A stretch of DNA of 64,000 nt from Planctomycetaceae bacterium (GCA_947449135.1 CANFQO010000005.1:24894-88893), one strand, 5' to 3'. Numbered from the stretch's first letter, positions 52,865 to 63,328 are shown. The notes: generated by a model from the sequence alone, not told the origin. Program-made: numbers and translations.

Positions 52865-55471
52865 ATGCGTGGCATGATCGTGCGAATGCCGTGGGTGCGC
52901 CATGTCGTGTTGCTCTGCGGTTTCCTGCCCGTTGCCGGGCGGGCTTCAGCAGACGGCGACGCCGTTCCAGCGGTTCGGTTCGACCGCGACATCCTGCCAA
53001 TCCTTGCGGAGAACTGCTTCGCCTGTCACGGTCCCGATGCGGCCAACCGGCAGGCCGATCTCCGGCTCGATACCGCCGAGGGTTCAACCGCCGACCGCGA
53101 CGGGGTCCGCGCGATTGTCCCGGGCAACCCGCAGGCGAGCGAGATGCTCACCCGCGTCCATTCGTCGGACCCGGCCGTCGTGATGCCGCCGCCGGAGACG
53201 AACAAGCTGCTCACCGACACAGAAAAGGTGATCCTCGAGCGGTGGATCGCCGCCGGCGCGACTCGAGACGCCCACTGGGCCTACAGGCCGCTGGTGCGTC
53301 CGGAGATGCCTGCCGGAGACGCCGGCGGTCCGGTCGATGCCTTTCTCAACGCCGAGTTGGCGGCCGCGGGGCTCACACCGCTGCCCACCGTCAATCGGGT
53401 CACGCTGGCGCGGCGGGTCGCCCTCGATCTTACCGGTCTGCCGCTCGAGCCCGCGGAGATCGACGCCTTCGTGGCCGACCAATCGCCCGCTGCGTTTGAA
53501 CGACTGGTTGATGGGTTGCTTTCGAGCCCACAACACGCGGAGCGTTTGACCGCCTGGTGGCTCGATCTGGTGCGGTATGGCGACAGCGTGGGCTACCACG
53601 GGGATCAGGAGATCACGATGTGGCCCTACCGCGACTGGGTCATCGCAGCCTTCACTGCAAACATGCCGTTTGATCAGTTCACGCGAGAGCAACTCGCCGG
53701 CGATCTTTTGCCCAATGCATCACGCCAGAACAAGGTCGCGGCGAGCTTCAATCGGCTCAACCTCATGAGCGCCGAGGGGGGCGGCCAGGACAAGGAATAC
53801 CATGCGAAGTACGCCGCCGACCGGGTGCGTGCCACCAGCGGTGCCTGGCTCGGCTCAACGCTCGGCTGCGCGGAATGCCACGACCACAAGTTCGATCCCT
53901 TCACCACGCGGGACTTCTACGCGTTTGCCGCCTTCTTTGCGGATGTACAGGAGCGGGGCATCTACCACGGAGCCCATGCCAACGGGATCTGGGGGGAGAT
54001 GATGCGGCTGCCCACGTCGGAGCAGGCGGCCAGACAGGCCACGCTGGAGGCGCGGATCACCGAGCTTACGCCGCTCTACGAGGCCGACACCCCCGAACTC
54101 CTCGCCGCCCGTGCGGAGTGGATTGAGGTAGAAGCTGCCCGCCTGGTCCAGTCAGACGTGCCAGACGCCGAGGCGGCTGCCAACGACGAGGGAAAAAAGA
54201 ACGCCGTCACGCTTCCAAAGGAAGTGCGGGAGGCTCTGCGAGTGGAGGCCACCGCGCGGAACGAGGCGCAGGTCAAGCTCCTGGCCGACCACCACCGCAC
54301 GCTCTGGCCGCCGCTTGACGGGGTGCGGCAGGAACTCACGCAGCGGCGCAACGAACTCGAGAGCGTGATCGCCGCGCAGCCCTTCATGCCTGCCACGATC
54401 GCCGGGCCGCCACGTATGGTGCGGGTGCTGCCCCGCGGCAACTGGATGGACGATTCCGGTGTCGAAGTGCTGCCAGCGCCCCCTGCCTTCCTGCCCCGGG
54501 AACAGACACCACCCGACGATCAGCGACTCACCCGAGCCGACCTGGCCCGCTGGCTCACCGCTCCTGAGAATCCGCTGGTGGCCCGGGTTCTCGCCAACCG
54601 TCTGTGGGCGATCTGCTTCGGTCAGGGCCTATCCCGCCGGCTCGACGACCATGGCGCGCAAGGCGAGCCGCCGAGCCACCCGGAACTGCTTGACTGGCTG
54701 GCCTGCGAACTCCGCGACGGCGGCTGGGACATTCGCCGCGTGCTGAAAATGCTGGTGACAAGCGAGGCCTACCATCGGGCGAGCGCTTCGAGTGGACCAG
54801 TGGTTGAACGTGACCCTGAGAACCGGTTGTTCGCCCGCCAGAACCGCTACCGGATCGATGCCGAGATGGTCCGCGACACGGCGCTGGCAGCAAGCGGCCT
54901 GCTCGTTCGACAGGTGGGTGGCCCAAGCGTGCGGCCCTATCAACCCGCCGGCTACTGGGACTACCTCAACTTTCCAGCCCGCACCTATCAGGCCGATGTG
55001 GGTGAGAAGCTCTATCGCCGCGGGCTCTACGTCCATTGGCAGCGGCAGTATCTCCATCCGGCGATGGTGGTGTTTGATGCTCCCAGCCGCGAGGAATGCA
55101 CGGCCCGCCGAGCCCGCTCCAACACGCCGCTGCAGGCACTCGTGCTGCTCAACGATCCCGAATATGTCGAAGCTGCTCGGGCGTTGGCGGCCAAAACCCT
55201 TGCCGAAGCCGGGAGCGATCCGGCTGACCGGGCCCGCTTCATGCTCCGCCGGGCGATCGGCCGGCTGCCTTCGGAAGATGAGATCGCCGTGCTGACCGAT
55301 CTGGTGGAGCGACAGCGGCAGTCGTGGGCAGGCGACACCGAAGCGGTCCAAACCTTTCTTGCCGTCGGTGCCACCCCACCGCCTCCGACGGTCGATCCGG
55401 TCGATCTAGCCGCCTGGACCAGTGCCGCCCGCACGGTGCTGAATCTGCACGAGACCTACTCTCGGAATTGA
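52865..55471 (+). CDS. PSCyt1/PSCyt2(DUF1549)/PSD1(DUF1553) planctomycete cytochrome-c domain protein
   Basis: ATG at 52865 with a signal peptide. The heme motif is ILAENCFACHGPD. DUF1549-like segment: RRVALDLTGLPL..EIDAF. DUF1553-like segment: LGCAECHDHKFDP and RSNTPLQALVLLND. Confidence 0.9.
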   Translation: MRGMIVRMPWVRHVVLLCGFLPVAGRASADGDAVPAVRFDRDILPILAENCFACHGPDAANRQADLRLDTAEGSTADRDGVRAIVPGNPQASEMLTRVHSSDPAVVMPPPETNKLLTDTEKVILERWIAAGATRDAHWAYRPLVRPEMPAGDAGGPVDAFLNAELAAAGLTPLPTVNRVTLARRVALDLTGLPLEPAEIDAFVADQSPAAFERLVDGLLSSPQHAERLTAWWLDLVRYGDSVGYHGDQEITMWPYRDWVIAAFTANMPFDQFTREQLAGDLLPNASRQNKVAASFNRLNLMSAEGGGQDKEYHAKYAADRVRATSGAWLGSTLGCAECHDHKFDPFTTRDFYAFAAFFADVQERGIYHGAHANGIWGEMMRLPTSEQAARQATLEARITELTPLYEADTPELLAARAEWIEVEAARLVQSDVPDAEAAANDEGKKNAVTLPKEVREALRVEATARNEAQVKLLADHHRTLWPPLDGVRQELTQRRNELESVIAAQPFMPATIAGPPRMVRVLPRGNWMDDSGVEVLPAPPAFLPREQTPPDDQRLTRADLARWLTAPENPLVARVLANRLWAICFGQGLSRRLDDHGAQGEPPSHPELLDWLACELRDGGWDIRRVLKMLVTSEAYHRASASSGPVVERDPENRLFARQNRYRIDAEMVRDTALAASGLLVRQVGGPSVRPYQPAGYWDYLNFPARTYQADVGEKLYRRGLYVHWQRQYLHPAMVVFDAPSREECTARRARSNTPLQALVLLNDPEYVEAARALAAKTLAEAGSDPADRARFMLRRAIGRLPSEDEIAVLTDLVERQRQSWAGDTEAVQTFLAVGATPPPPTVDPVDLAAWTSAARTVLNLHETYSRN

Positions 55472-55506
55472 CTCTTCTTCCCTTCCTCGCCCATCAGGCT
55501 CATCCC

Positions 55507-56949
55507 ATGACTGCCTTCCATGCACCGCTCGTGTCACGCCGATCGCTGCTCGCCGATGTCGCCGGCGGGCTCGGTGCCATCGCCGTCGGCACCATGGCCG
55601 GCGGGGCGGGCGCTGCAGCCGCTGTTCGCGCGTCCGGTGCCCCGGCAGATCTCTGGCCAGGCGTCATCCGGGCCTATCATGTGCCGCCGAAGGCGAAGCG
55701 GGTGATCTGGCTCTACATGGCCGGCGGTATGACGCACCTCGACACGTTCGACCACAAGCCAAAGCTTGAGGCGATGCATGGCCAGCCAATGCCGGAAAGT
55801 TTCACCGCCGGCCAGCAGATCGCGCAGCTGCAGGGGCAGAAGCTCACCTGCATGGCACCCCAGCATTCCTTTCAGCGTGTGGGGCAGAGCGGTCAGGAGA
55901 TCAGCACGATCTTTCCGGAGATTTCCGCCCGCATCGCCGATCGGATCGCGATCGTGAGGTCGATGCACACCGAGGCGATCAACCACGATCCAGCCCACAC
56001 GTTCATGAACACCGGTTCGATGATCTCCGGCCGCCCGGCAGCGGGCAGCTGGCTGTGGTATGGCCTCGGCAACGATGCCCACGATCTGCCCGGATTCGTC
56101 GTGATGGTGAGTACCGGCAACTTCGGCCAGAAGCAGCCGATCGCCAGCCGACAATGGCATTCCGGCCTGCTGCCGAGCCGGTTCCAGGGAGTCTCGTTCC
56201 GTTCGCAGGGCGATCCGGTGTTCTACGTCAAGTCACCACCCGGTGTCGTGCCAGCGAGGCAGCGGGACGTGGTCGACGCCGTCTCCCGGCTCGATAATCT
56301 TCGCGGGGCGTGGGCCGACGATCCGGAGATTGCAGCCCGGCTGTCCCAATACGAACTCGCCTTCCAAATGCAGGCGAGCGTGCCCGAACTCGTTGACCTC
56401 TCCGATGAGCCACAGAGCACTTTCGATCTCTACGGCACCAAGGGGGGCGACGGCTCGTTCGCAGCCAACTGCCTGCTGGCCCGCCGGCTGGCTGAACGAG
56501 GCGTCCGCTTCATTCAGCTCTACCATCGCGACTGGGACCACCACGGCGGCGTGAAGGCGCACGTGCAAGGCACTGCGGCCGAGGTCGATCGCGGCGCCGC
56601 CGCCCTGGTTGAAGACTTGGCCCGCCGCGGCATGCTCGACGAAACACTCGTCGTCTTCGGCACCGAATTCGGACGCACGCCGATGGCGCAGGGGGACGGC
56701 CGCGACCACCACATGAAGGCGTTCTCGATCTGGCTGGCCGGCGGCGGTATCAAGGGGGGCCTGACATATGGCGCCACCGACGATCTGGGCTACGGGGTCG
56801 TGGAGAATCCCGTCACGGTCCACGATCTGCATGCCACGCTCCTGCACCTGCTGGGAATCGACCACACCAGGCTCACCATCCGCTCCCAGGGCCGCGACTT
56901 TCGCCTCACCGACGTCCACGGGCATGTGGTGCACGACCTGATCGCCTGA
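55507..56949 (+). CDS. DUF1501 domain protein (TAT signal), partner of the upstream PSCyt/DUF1553 gene
   Basis: ATG at 55507. Twin-arginine-like signal VSRRSLLADVAGGLGAIAVG. Motifs are VIWLYMAGGMTHLDTFDHKP and GTEFGRTPMAQGDGRDHH. Confidence 0.9.
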   Translation: MTAFHAPLVSRRSLLADVAGGLGAIAVGTMAGGAGAAAAVRASGAPADLWPGVIRAYHVPPKAKRVIWLYMAGGMTHLDTFDHKPKLEAMHGQPMPESFTAGQQIAQLQGQKLTCMAPQHSFQRVGQSGQEISTIFPEISARIADRIAIVRSMHTEAINHDPAHTFMNTGSMISGRPAAGSWLWYGLGNDAHDLPGFVVMVSTGNFGQKQPIASRQWHSGLLPSRFQGVSFRSQGDPVFYVKSPPGVVPARQRDVVDAVSRLDNLRGAWADDPEIAARLSQYELAFQMQASVPELVDLSDEPQSTFDLYGTKGGDGSFAANCLLARRLAERGVRFIQLYHRDWDHHGGVKAHVQGTAAEVDRGAAALVEDLARRGMLDETLVVFGTEFGRTPMAQGDGRDHHMKAFSIWLAGGGIKGGLTYGATDDLGYGVVENPVTVHDLHATLLHLLGIDHTRLTIRSQGRDFRLTDVHGHVVHDLIA

Positions 56950-57052
56950 ACGGCCCACGGCCACCCGTCGCCTGTTGCCCCGACTTCTGGTAGGCTTCGC
57001 CCGGTTCCCGGGTGGAAACGTCCTGTTTCTCTATCTTCGGAGGTGTGTTCCC

Positions 57053-58330
57053 ATGGCTGCATCCCGCACTCGACTCGGCCGTCGACAACTGCTCAAGGGC
57101 GGCCTCGCCGCCATGGCCGCGCCGATGATCATCCCGTCCTCCGCCCTCGGCCTCGACGGCGCGGTGCCGCCGAGTGAGCGGATCGTCGTCGGTGGCATCG
57201 GCATCGGCCGGCGCGGCGAATACGATCTCGGCTGTTTCCTCGAACAGCCCGACGTGGTGTTCGCCGCCATCTGCGACGTGAAGCAGGGCCGCCGTGACGC
57301 CGTGAAGCAGATGGCCGACACGAAGTATGGCAATCAGGATTGCGCCCAGTATCGCGACTTCCACGAACTGCTCGACCGCAAGGACATCGATGCCGTGCTG
57401 ATCGCCACTGGGCCCAACTGGCACGGGACGGCCTCGATGTATGCCGCGAAGGCTGGCAAGGACATCTACTGCGAAAAGCCCTGCACGAAGAACATCGCCG
57501 AGAGCCTCATCCTCCGCGACACCATGCGTCGCTGTGGAACCGTCTTCCAGGCAGGAACGCAGCGTCGAAATCTGCCTCACTTTGCCTTCGCCTGTGAGCT
57601 TGCCCGCACGGGCCGCCTTGGCAAGATGAAGAAGGTGTTTGCTCATCCCAACGGCATGCAGGCGCTGATGAGCGGCTGGCTGCCCGAGGAGCCGCTGCCG
57701 AATCCGGCCGTCGATGACTGGGACAGGTATCTCGGACCAGCGGCATGGCGGCCGTTCAACACCAAGACCCTTCAGGATGGATTCAATTTCGAAAAGGGTG
57801 GCGGGCTGGTTGGCGGTGGCGTGCTCGAATGGGGCTCGCACTGCGTCGACCTCTGCCAGTGGGCCGTCAACGACTGCGCTCCACCGGTGGAATACAACCC
57901 ACCGAAAGACGGCTACATCGTGACCACCTACGCCGATGGCGTGGAACTGATCTTCCGCGAGAAGGACTGGATTCCGCTCGGCTCCTGCCCGGTGCGATTC
58001 GAGGGGGAGACGGGCTGGGTGGAGGCCGGCGACAGCGGCAAGCTCGTCCTCAGTTCGCCGACGTTGCTCGCCGGACGAACGGTCGAGGAGATCGGCGGCT
58101 ATCCCGCCACGTTCCACGTCCGCGACTTCCTCGACTGCGTGAAGACGCGAGGCCAGCCGAAGGGGAATGCCGACGCGGCCTGCAACGCCCACATCGCCTG
58201 CCATGCGACCAACGTTGCGATTGCCCTCAATCGCACCGTGAAATTCGACAACGCCACCAACACGTTCGTCGGCGACGACGAGGCCAACCGGATGCGTTCC
58301 GAGGCCCTTCGTGAGCCGTGGCGGCTGTAG
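57053..58330 (+). CDS. Gfo/Idh/MocA family oxidoreductase with TAT signal
   Basis: ATG at 57053. TAT signal SRTRLGRRQLLKGGLAAMAA. Rossmann segments are VVGGIGIGRRG and DAVLIATGPNWH, followed by EKP. Confidence 0.9.
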   Translation: MAASRTRLGRRQLLKGGLAAMAAPMIIPSSALGLDGAVPPSERIVVGGIGIGRRGEYDLGCFLEQPDVVFAAICDVKQGRRDAVKQMADTKYGNQDCAQYRDFHELLDRKDIDAVLIATGPNWHGTASMYAAKAGKDIYCEKPCTKNIAESLILRDTMRRCGTVFQAGTQRRNLPHFAFACELARTGRLGKMKKVFAHPNGMQALMSGWLPEEPLPNPAVDDWDRYLGPAAWRPFNTKTLQDGFNFEKGGGLVGGGVLEWGSHCVDLCQWAVNDCAPPVEYNPPKDGYIVTTYADGVELIFREKDWIPLGSCPVRFEGETGWVEAGDSGKLVLSSPTLLAGRTVEEIGGYPATFHVRDFLDCVKTRGQPKGNADAACNAHIACHATNVAIALNRTVKFDNATNTFVGDDEANRMRSEALREPWRL

Positions 58331-58436
58331 TACCGAGTCTTTTTCCTGTCATTCCGTCTCTGTCATTCCATCTCAGCGTGCCTTTTTTGCAGGGCATGCG
58401 TCAGCCGTGGTGAAACACTTTCTGGAATCCCATCCC

Positions 58437-60299
58437 ATGACATTCGCCTGTCGCTTCGCTGTTGCCCTCGTCGCCTTCCTACTTGGAATCACGTCCTTGG
58501 CGGCGGAGCCGTTGCCGAGCGAGCCCGAACTCCTCGCCGTGCTTCGCTCCGATGCTCCCGAGGCCGACAAGGCGATCACCTGCAAGCGGCTGGCGATCAA
58601 GGGGTCGGCCGCGGCAGTTCCTGATCTCGCGAAGCTGTTGGGCAACGAGCGGCTCGCCTCCTGGGCCCGCATCGCACTGGAGGCGATTCCCGGCCCAGAG
58701 GCCGATGCGGCACTGCGAAACGCGGCCGGTTCGCTCTCGGGTATGCGGCTGGTCGGCGTGATCAACTCCATCGGCGTCCGCCGGGATGCGGCTGCATTGC
58801 CGATGCTCCAAGCCAAACTGACCGATGCGGATGCCGAGGTGGCTGCGGCTGCCCGGCATGCGATTGGCTCCATCGGCACGACGCAGGCCGCTGCAATTCT
58901 CACGAAGGCGATGGCTGTGCCGGGCGGATCCCTCGACGCCACGGCACAGGCTGGCGTCGTCTGCGCCGAACGCCTGCTCGTTTCCGGCAAAAAGCCCGAG
59001 GCTCTGGCCCTCTATGACGCGATCCGCAAGGCGGGCGTCGCCGAGCAGCGGGTCGCGGAAGCCACGCGAGGCGCGATCCTCGCGCGGGGCCTCGAGGGCA
59101 TCCCGCTCCTGCTCGAAACACTCCGGTCGCCTTCGCCGCGGCTCTCGAATATTGCGCTGTATGCCGCCCGTGAACTCGACGACCGCCCGCAGGCGGGCGC
59201 AGTGGATCTCGCTCTCGCGACCGAAATGGCGAAGCCGCCGGGCGACGCTGCCGCGGCCGATCGCGTCGTGAAGATCATCGACGTCCTGGCTGACAGAAAC
59301 GCCGACGGCGGTGCCAGCGATGCGGTTCTTCAAGCTGTGATCAACTCCGCAACCGGCCGTGCCAAGCCGATCCGTCTGGCAGCGATCGCCGCGGTGGGCC
59401 GGATCGGCAACGCCTCGGCCCTGAGCCCGCTGCTTGTCTCGGCCGAAGACGCCGATGGAGACATCGCTCTCGTCGCCAACAAGGCACTTTCTAGTCTCGC
59501 TGGGTCTGAGGTCGATCGAGAGATCGTGGCCCGACTGCCCAAGGCGGATGCCAACGTCCTGCCGGCGCTCGTGCGGGCGATTGGGAATCGCCAAATTGCT
59601 GCCGTTGCGGAACTCAAGCCGCTGGTGAACCATGCCAGCGATGCCGTCCGTACCTCCACTGTTGCGGCCCTGGGCAAGGTCGTCGACCTGCCGAATCTCG
59701 GCATTCTGATCGATCAGGTCGTGAAGCCCTCCGTTGCAGGCGACGTCGGCAAGAAGGCGATTCTGGAAGCCAGCATCCGGATGCCCGATCGCGAGGCATG
59801 TGCCGAGAAACTTGCGGTCGCCATCGACACCGCGCCGGCCGAGGCGAAGGTGACGCTCCTGGACGTGGTGGGCGAAGTCGGTGGCACGCGGGCGCTCGCC
59901 GCCGTCGCCGCAGCGGCGAAGTCGAACGACCCCGCCCTGCAGGACGCCTCCACTCGATTGCTGGGCAAATGGATGACGCCAGACGCGGCTCCGGTGCTCT
60001 TGGAACTCTCCAAGTCCTTCACGGACGGCAAGTTCCAGACCCGTGCGATCCGCGGCTATATCCGGGTTGCCCGGCAGATGGCCTTGCCAGATGCCGAGCG
60101 GGCCGAAATCTGTCGCAACGCGCTCAAAATTGCCAAGGATCCGGCCGACCAGAAGACCGTACTCGAGATCCTGCCGCGGTATCCGAGCCCAGCCACGCTC
60201 GCCGTCGCGAAGGAGGCTGCCACGATGCCCGGACTTGAGGCCGAGGCGACCGCGGCGGCGGCAGCGATCGAGCAAAAGCTGGCGAAACCCGCAGGCTGA
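58437..60299 (+). CDS. Secreted HEAT/armadillo-repeat protein
   Basis: ATG at 58437 with a signal peptide. It contains repeated ~30-aa Ala/Leu-rich helical pairs with motifs such as AAVPDLAKLL...RIALEAIPG and VRTSTVAALGKV. Confidence 0.75.
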   Translation: MTFACRFAVALVAFLLGITSLAAEPLPSEPELLAVLRSDAPEADKAITCKRLAIKGSAAAVPDLAKLLGNERLASWARIALEAIPGPEADAALRNAAGSLSGMRLVGVINSIGVRRDAAALPMLQAKLTDADAEVAAAARHAIGSIGTTQAAAILTKAMAVPGGSLDATAQAGVVCAERLLVSGKKPEALALYDAIRKAGVAEQRVAEATRGAILARGLEGIPLLLETLRSPSPRLSNIALYAARELDDRPQAGAVDLALATEMAKPPGDAAAADRVVKIIDVLADRNADGGASDAVLQAVINSATGRAKPIRLAAIAAVGRIGNASALSPLLVSAEDADGDIALVANKALSSLAGSEVDREIVARLPKADANVLPALVRAIGNRQIAAVAELKPLVNHASDAVRTSTVAALGKVVDLPNLGILIDQVVKPSVAGDVGKKAILEASIRMPDREACAEKLAVAIDTAPAEAKVTLLDVVGEVGGTRALAAVAAAAKSNDPALQDASTRLLGKWMTPDAAPVLLELSKSFTDGKFQTRAIRGYIRVARQMALPDAERAEICRNALKIAKDPADQKTVLEILPRYPSPATLAVAKEAATMPGLEAEATAAAAAIEQKLAKPAG

Positions 60300-60337
60300 T
60301 CCGGTGCGGCTCGTCTGACGTTGGTTAGACTTTCCCC

Positions 60338-61279
60338 GTGGAAACAGACTTCGTCACCTGGCTGCTCGACCGCATTCCCGCCGACCCGCGGCTGGAGGTG
60401 CCCCCCGGCGATGACGCCGCCGTGCTGCGGCCGCCCGCCATGCGACGGACGGTCGTCACCGTCGACATGCTCACCGAGGGCGTCGACTTTATTCTTGGCC
60501 CCGACTGTCCGCCGCGGGCTGTCGGCCACAAGGCCGTGGCCGTGAGCCTCAGCGATCTGGCGGCGATGGGCTCCCGACCCGAGGCCGTGGTCGTGGCCGT
60601 CTGCCTGCCGCAAAAGGGCGGCGACGCGATCGCCCACGGGCTGCTCGAGGGCATTCAGGCAATCACCGCCGAGCACGGCTGCACATTGGCCGGCGGCGAC
60701 ACCAACTCATGGGACGGGCCGCTCGTTGTGAGCGTGACGGCGATTGGTAGCGTGCCGCCGGGGGGGGCCTGGCGACGCGACGGCGCGAAGCCGGGAGACC
60801 TGCTCGTAGTCACGGGAGCCTGCGGCGGCAGCCTGCTCGGCCGTCATCTCGCCGTGCAGCCGCGATGCCGCGAAGCGCTGTTTATTGAAAGCCGATTCGA
60901 GGTGCATGCGGCCATCGACGTCAGCGACGGCCTCTCGCTCGACCTTTCGCGGATGATGCAGGCGAGCCGAACGGGCGCTGTCGTGCGGCTGGCCGATGTG
61001 CCGATCCACGCCGATGCCCGTCGGATGAGCCTCCGGCCCGGAGACGGAAAAACTCCGCTCGACCATGCCCTCTCCGATGGTGAGGATTTTGAACTCATTC
61101 TCGCCATGCCAGCCGAAGCCGCGCATGCCCTCGTGGCATCAGCGGGAAATGCCCCGCTCGATCTGCCGATCACGATCATCGGGGAGGTGACGGCCGAGCC
61201 GGGGCTCATCGCTGAGGATGCCGCCGGCGGACGAACCGCACTCGAACCACAGGGCTACGTTCATGCCTTCAACGGCTGA
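60338..61279 (+). CDS. thiL: Thiamine-monophosphate kinase ThiL
   Basis: GTG start. Motifs are GDDAAVL, VVTVDMLTEGVDF, GHKAVAVSLSDLAAMG, LAGGDTN and DVSDGL. Confidence 0.9.
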   Translation: METDFVTWLLDRIPADPRLEVPPGDDAAVLRPPAMRRTVVTVDMLTEGVDFILGPDCPPRAVGHKAVAVSLSDLAAMGSRPEAVVVAVCLPQKGGDAIAHGLLEGIQAITAEHGCTLAGGDTNSWDGPLVVSVTAIGSVPPGGAWRRDGAKPGDLLVVTGACGGSLLGRHLAVQPRCREALFIESRFEVHAAIDVSDGLSLDLSRMMQASRTGAVVRLADVPIHADARRMSLRPGDGKTPLDHALSDGEDFELILAMPAEAAHALVASAGNAPLDLPITIIGEVTAEPGLIAEDAAGGRTALEPQGYVHAFNG

Positions 61280-61787
61280 CGGCAACACGCCGCCGACACG
61301 CACCGTGACCGTCCCAGACGAGGCCGCCCTCGCGCCGCTGGCCCGACGACTGGTGGCGGTGCTGCCGCCGCAGGCGTTTGTCACACTCGAAGGCGATCTC
61401 GGCGCGGGCAAGACGACGTTCGTGAAGGCCGTGGCCGCGGCCATCGGCATTGACCCATCCGAGGTGGTCAGCCCAACCTTCGGACTGATCCACGTTCACG
61501 ATGTGCTGGATGATCTGCTGCCCGGGCCCCACGACCGGCCGAGGCAGAACACTCCGGAGCGGCTCGTGCATGCCGATCTCTATCGTCTCTTAGGCGCTGG
61601 CGACCTGGCGGAGATCGGCTGGGAGGATGCGACCAAAGGACGATGCTGGGTGTTCGTCGAGTGGCCGCAGCGGGCACCGGAGGCCCTGCCTGCCGACCGG
61701 CTCGCCATCACGATCGAGATCGACTCTGAAACCGGCCGCACGTTCCGGTTCACACCGCGTGGTGACTTCACGCTCGCCGCTTTATGA
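61263..61787 (+). CDS. tsaE: tRNA t6A37 biosynthesis ATPase TsaE
   Basis: ATG at 61263, overlapping the thiL end by 17 nt. Motifs are LEGDLGAGKTTFVKA, SPTFGLIH, HADLYRL and VEWP. Confidence 0.85.
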   Translation: MPSTADGNTPPTRTVTVPDEAALAPLARRLVAVLPPQAFVTLEGDLGAGKTTFVKAVAAAIGIDPSEVVSPTFGLIHVHDVLDDLLPGPHDRPRQNTPERLVHADLYRLLGAGDLAEIGWEDATKGRCWVFVEWPQRAPEALPADRLAITIEIDSETGRTFRFTPRGDFTLAAL

Positions 61788-62374
61788 TGCCGAACCACCC
61801 ACACCGCGAGGTTCCGATGCGACTCCATGCCCACTCCTCCTTGCTCTGCGTCGTCGACATCCAGGGACGACTCCTGCCTGCGATTCCCACGGGCCCGCAG
61901 GTGGTCGCCATGGCCGGCCGGCTCGCCGACGCGGCAGCACTCCTCGGTGTGCGCACGCTGCTCACGGAGCAGTATCCCCAGGGGCTCGGCCCCACGCCTC
62001 CAGACCTCGCCGCCAAACTGCCACCCGCGCTGACGAAGATGGCCTTCAGCTGCTGCGGCAGCGAGGCTTTCACGGCTGCCCTCTCGGACGACATCGAGTC
62101 GGCCCTGCTCTGCGGGCTCGAAACCCACGTCTGCATTCAGCAGACAGCCCTCGACCTGCTCGCCCGCGGGCTGACGGTGTTCATCGCTGTCGATGCCGTC
62201 GGCTCCCGGCATGCACTCGACCACGAGATCGCGCTGCGGCGTCTTGAGGCCTCAGGTGCGATCCTCACCACCACCGAAGCCGCGCTCTTCGAATGGTGCG
62301 GCTCAGCGGAGCATCCGCAGTTTCAGGCAGTCCGCAAGCTCGTGCTGGCCAACCGGGCTTCAGACCGGGCTTGA
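61784..62374 (+). CDS. Isochorismatase-family hydrolase
   Basis: The start overlaps the tsaE stop (ATGA). Segments are LLCVVDIQ, LTEQYP and LCGLETHVCIQQTALDLLARG..V.IAVDAVGS, consistent with the cysteine hydrolase fold. Confidence 0.8.
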   Translation: MMPNHPHREVPMRLHAHSSLLCVVDIQGRLLPAIPTGPQVVAMAGRLADAAALLGVRTLLTEQYPQGLGPTPPDLAAKLPPALTKMAFSCCGSEAFTAALSDDIESALLCGLETHVCIQQTALDLLARGLTVFIAVDAVGSRHALDHEIALRRLEASGAILTTTEAALFEWCGSAEHPQFQAVRKLVLANRASDRA

Positions 62375-63328
62375 TCAGGGTGACGGGATAGACGGTATGG
62401 CCGGTCCACCGGCGTCGACCGCATTCTCCGGCTCCAGCGTGAGGTCGACACGACCTTCCATGCCCGCAGCGTTCGGATCGGCAGCCAACTCGCGCAACCT
62501 GGCGATCTTCGACGCCGCGGAGCGTTCGCCCGGCTGTTCCCGGCCAGGCGCCGAGCCAAACAGGATCGTCAGCGGCGGCGGGCCAACGAGTTCCCAGCGA
62601 CGGAGTCCATATTTTCCTACAGGCCGACATTCTGTGAGCCCGAGTTGCTTCCATTCAGGCCCGACTGCCAGCGCAATCGCCGCCCCCTCCTCCACGAGCG
62701 GATCGCCCCATGTGGAGCCCTCCGGTCCCTGAGGACTCGACTCGACTCCTGAAATCCGCGGATAGATCGCTGCCGATTCGGCAGTGAAGTCGGCGCTTGG
62801 AAGCACGACGGCATCGGCATCGATCGCGAGCAGCCCTCCCTTCACACCCACCATCGCCACCGGTTCGCGGCACTGAATTTCGACGGTGGCAGCGGCTGGA
62901 TGCCGGGGGCTCACGTCGACGACGAGCTTCACCCATGGGTGCATTTCAAAGGCCCGCGCCAGCCGACGCGAGAGTTCGGGATCATCGAGCGGCAGGCCAC
63001 CGTCAAGGCTCGCATTGCGAAGGGCTTCCGCCTTGAGATCACAACGCACCCAGGGGGCTACGCCCAGCAGTTCCACGGCGTCGGGCGTCAGCACGACGTC
63101 ATGATGCGTCCGGGTCGATTCTGATACCCGCGACCAGATCCCCCAGCCAGCCAGGGCCGCTCCAGCGATCACTGCGATCGCACCGAGGCCCGCCCGATGT
63201 TCGGTCAGAAAAGCAGCAAAACCGCCGCTTTCCGGCTCTTCAGCGAGGAGCGGTCGACCACGGCGCGGAGGGGCACCCATACCATCGCCCCTTTCACCAG
63301 ACTTCGATCTGCGGCGTGAGTTCCACAC
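62375..63328 (-). CDS. FtsQ/DivIB-like (POTRA-type) bitopic membrane protein
   Basis: It lies directly downstream of murB on the same strand and overlaps it. An alternative ATG lies at 63280. A basic cytoplasmic N-terminus is followed by one TM (LGAIAVIAGAALAGWGIW) and a ~220-aa periplasmic region laid out like POTRA plus an FtsQ domain. Sequence similarity was judged by eye only. Confidence 0.5.
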   Translation of the reverse strand: MWNSRRRSKSGERGDGMGAPPRRGRPLLAEEPESGGFAAFLTEHRAGLGAIAVIAGAALAGWGIWSRVSESTRTHHDVVLTPDAVELLGVAPWVRCDLKAEALRNASLDGGLPLDDPELSRRLARAFEMHPWVKLVVDVSPRHPAAATVEIQCREPVAMVGVKGGLLAIDADAVVLPSADFTAESAAIYPRISGVESSPQGPEGSTWGDPLVEEGAAIALAVGPEWKQLGLTECRPVGKYGLRRWELVGPPPLTILFGSAPGREQPGERSAASKIARLRELAADPNAAGMEGRVDLTLEPENAVDAGGPAIPSIPSP

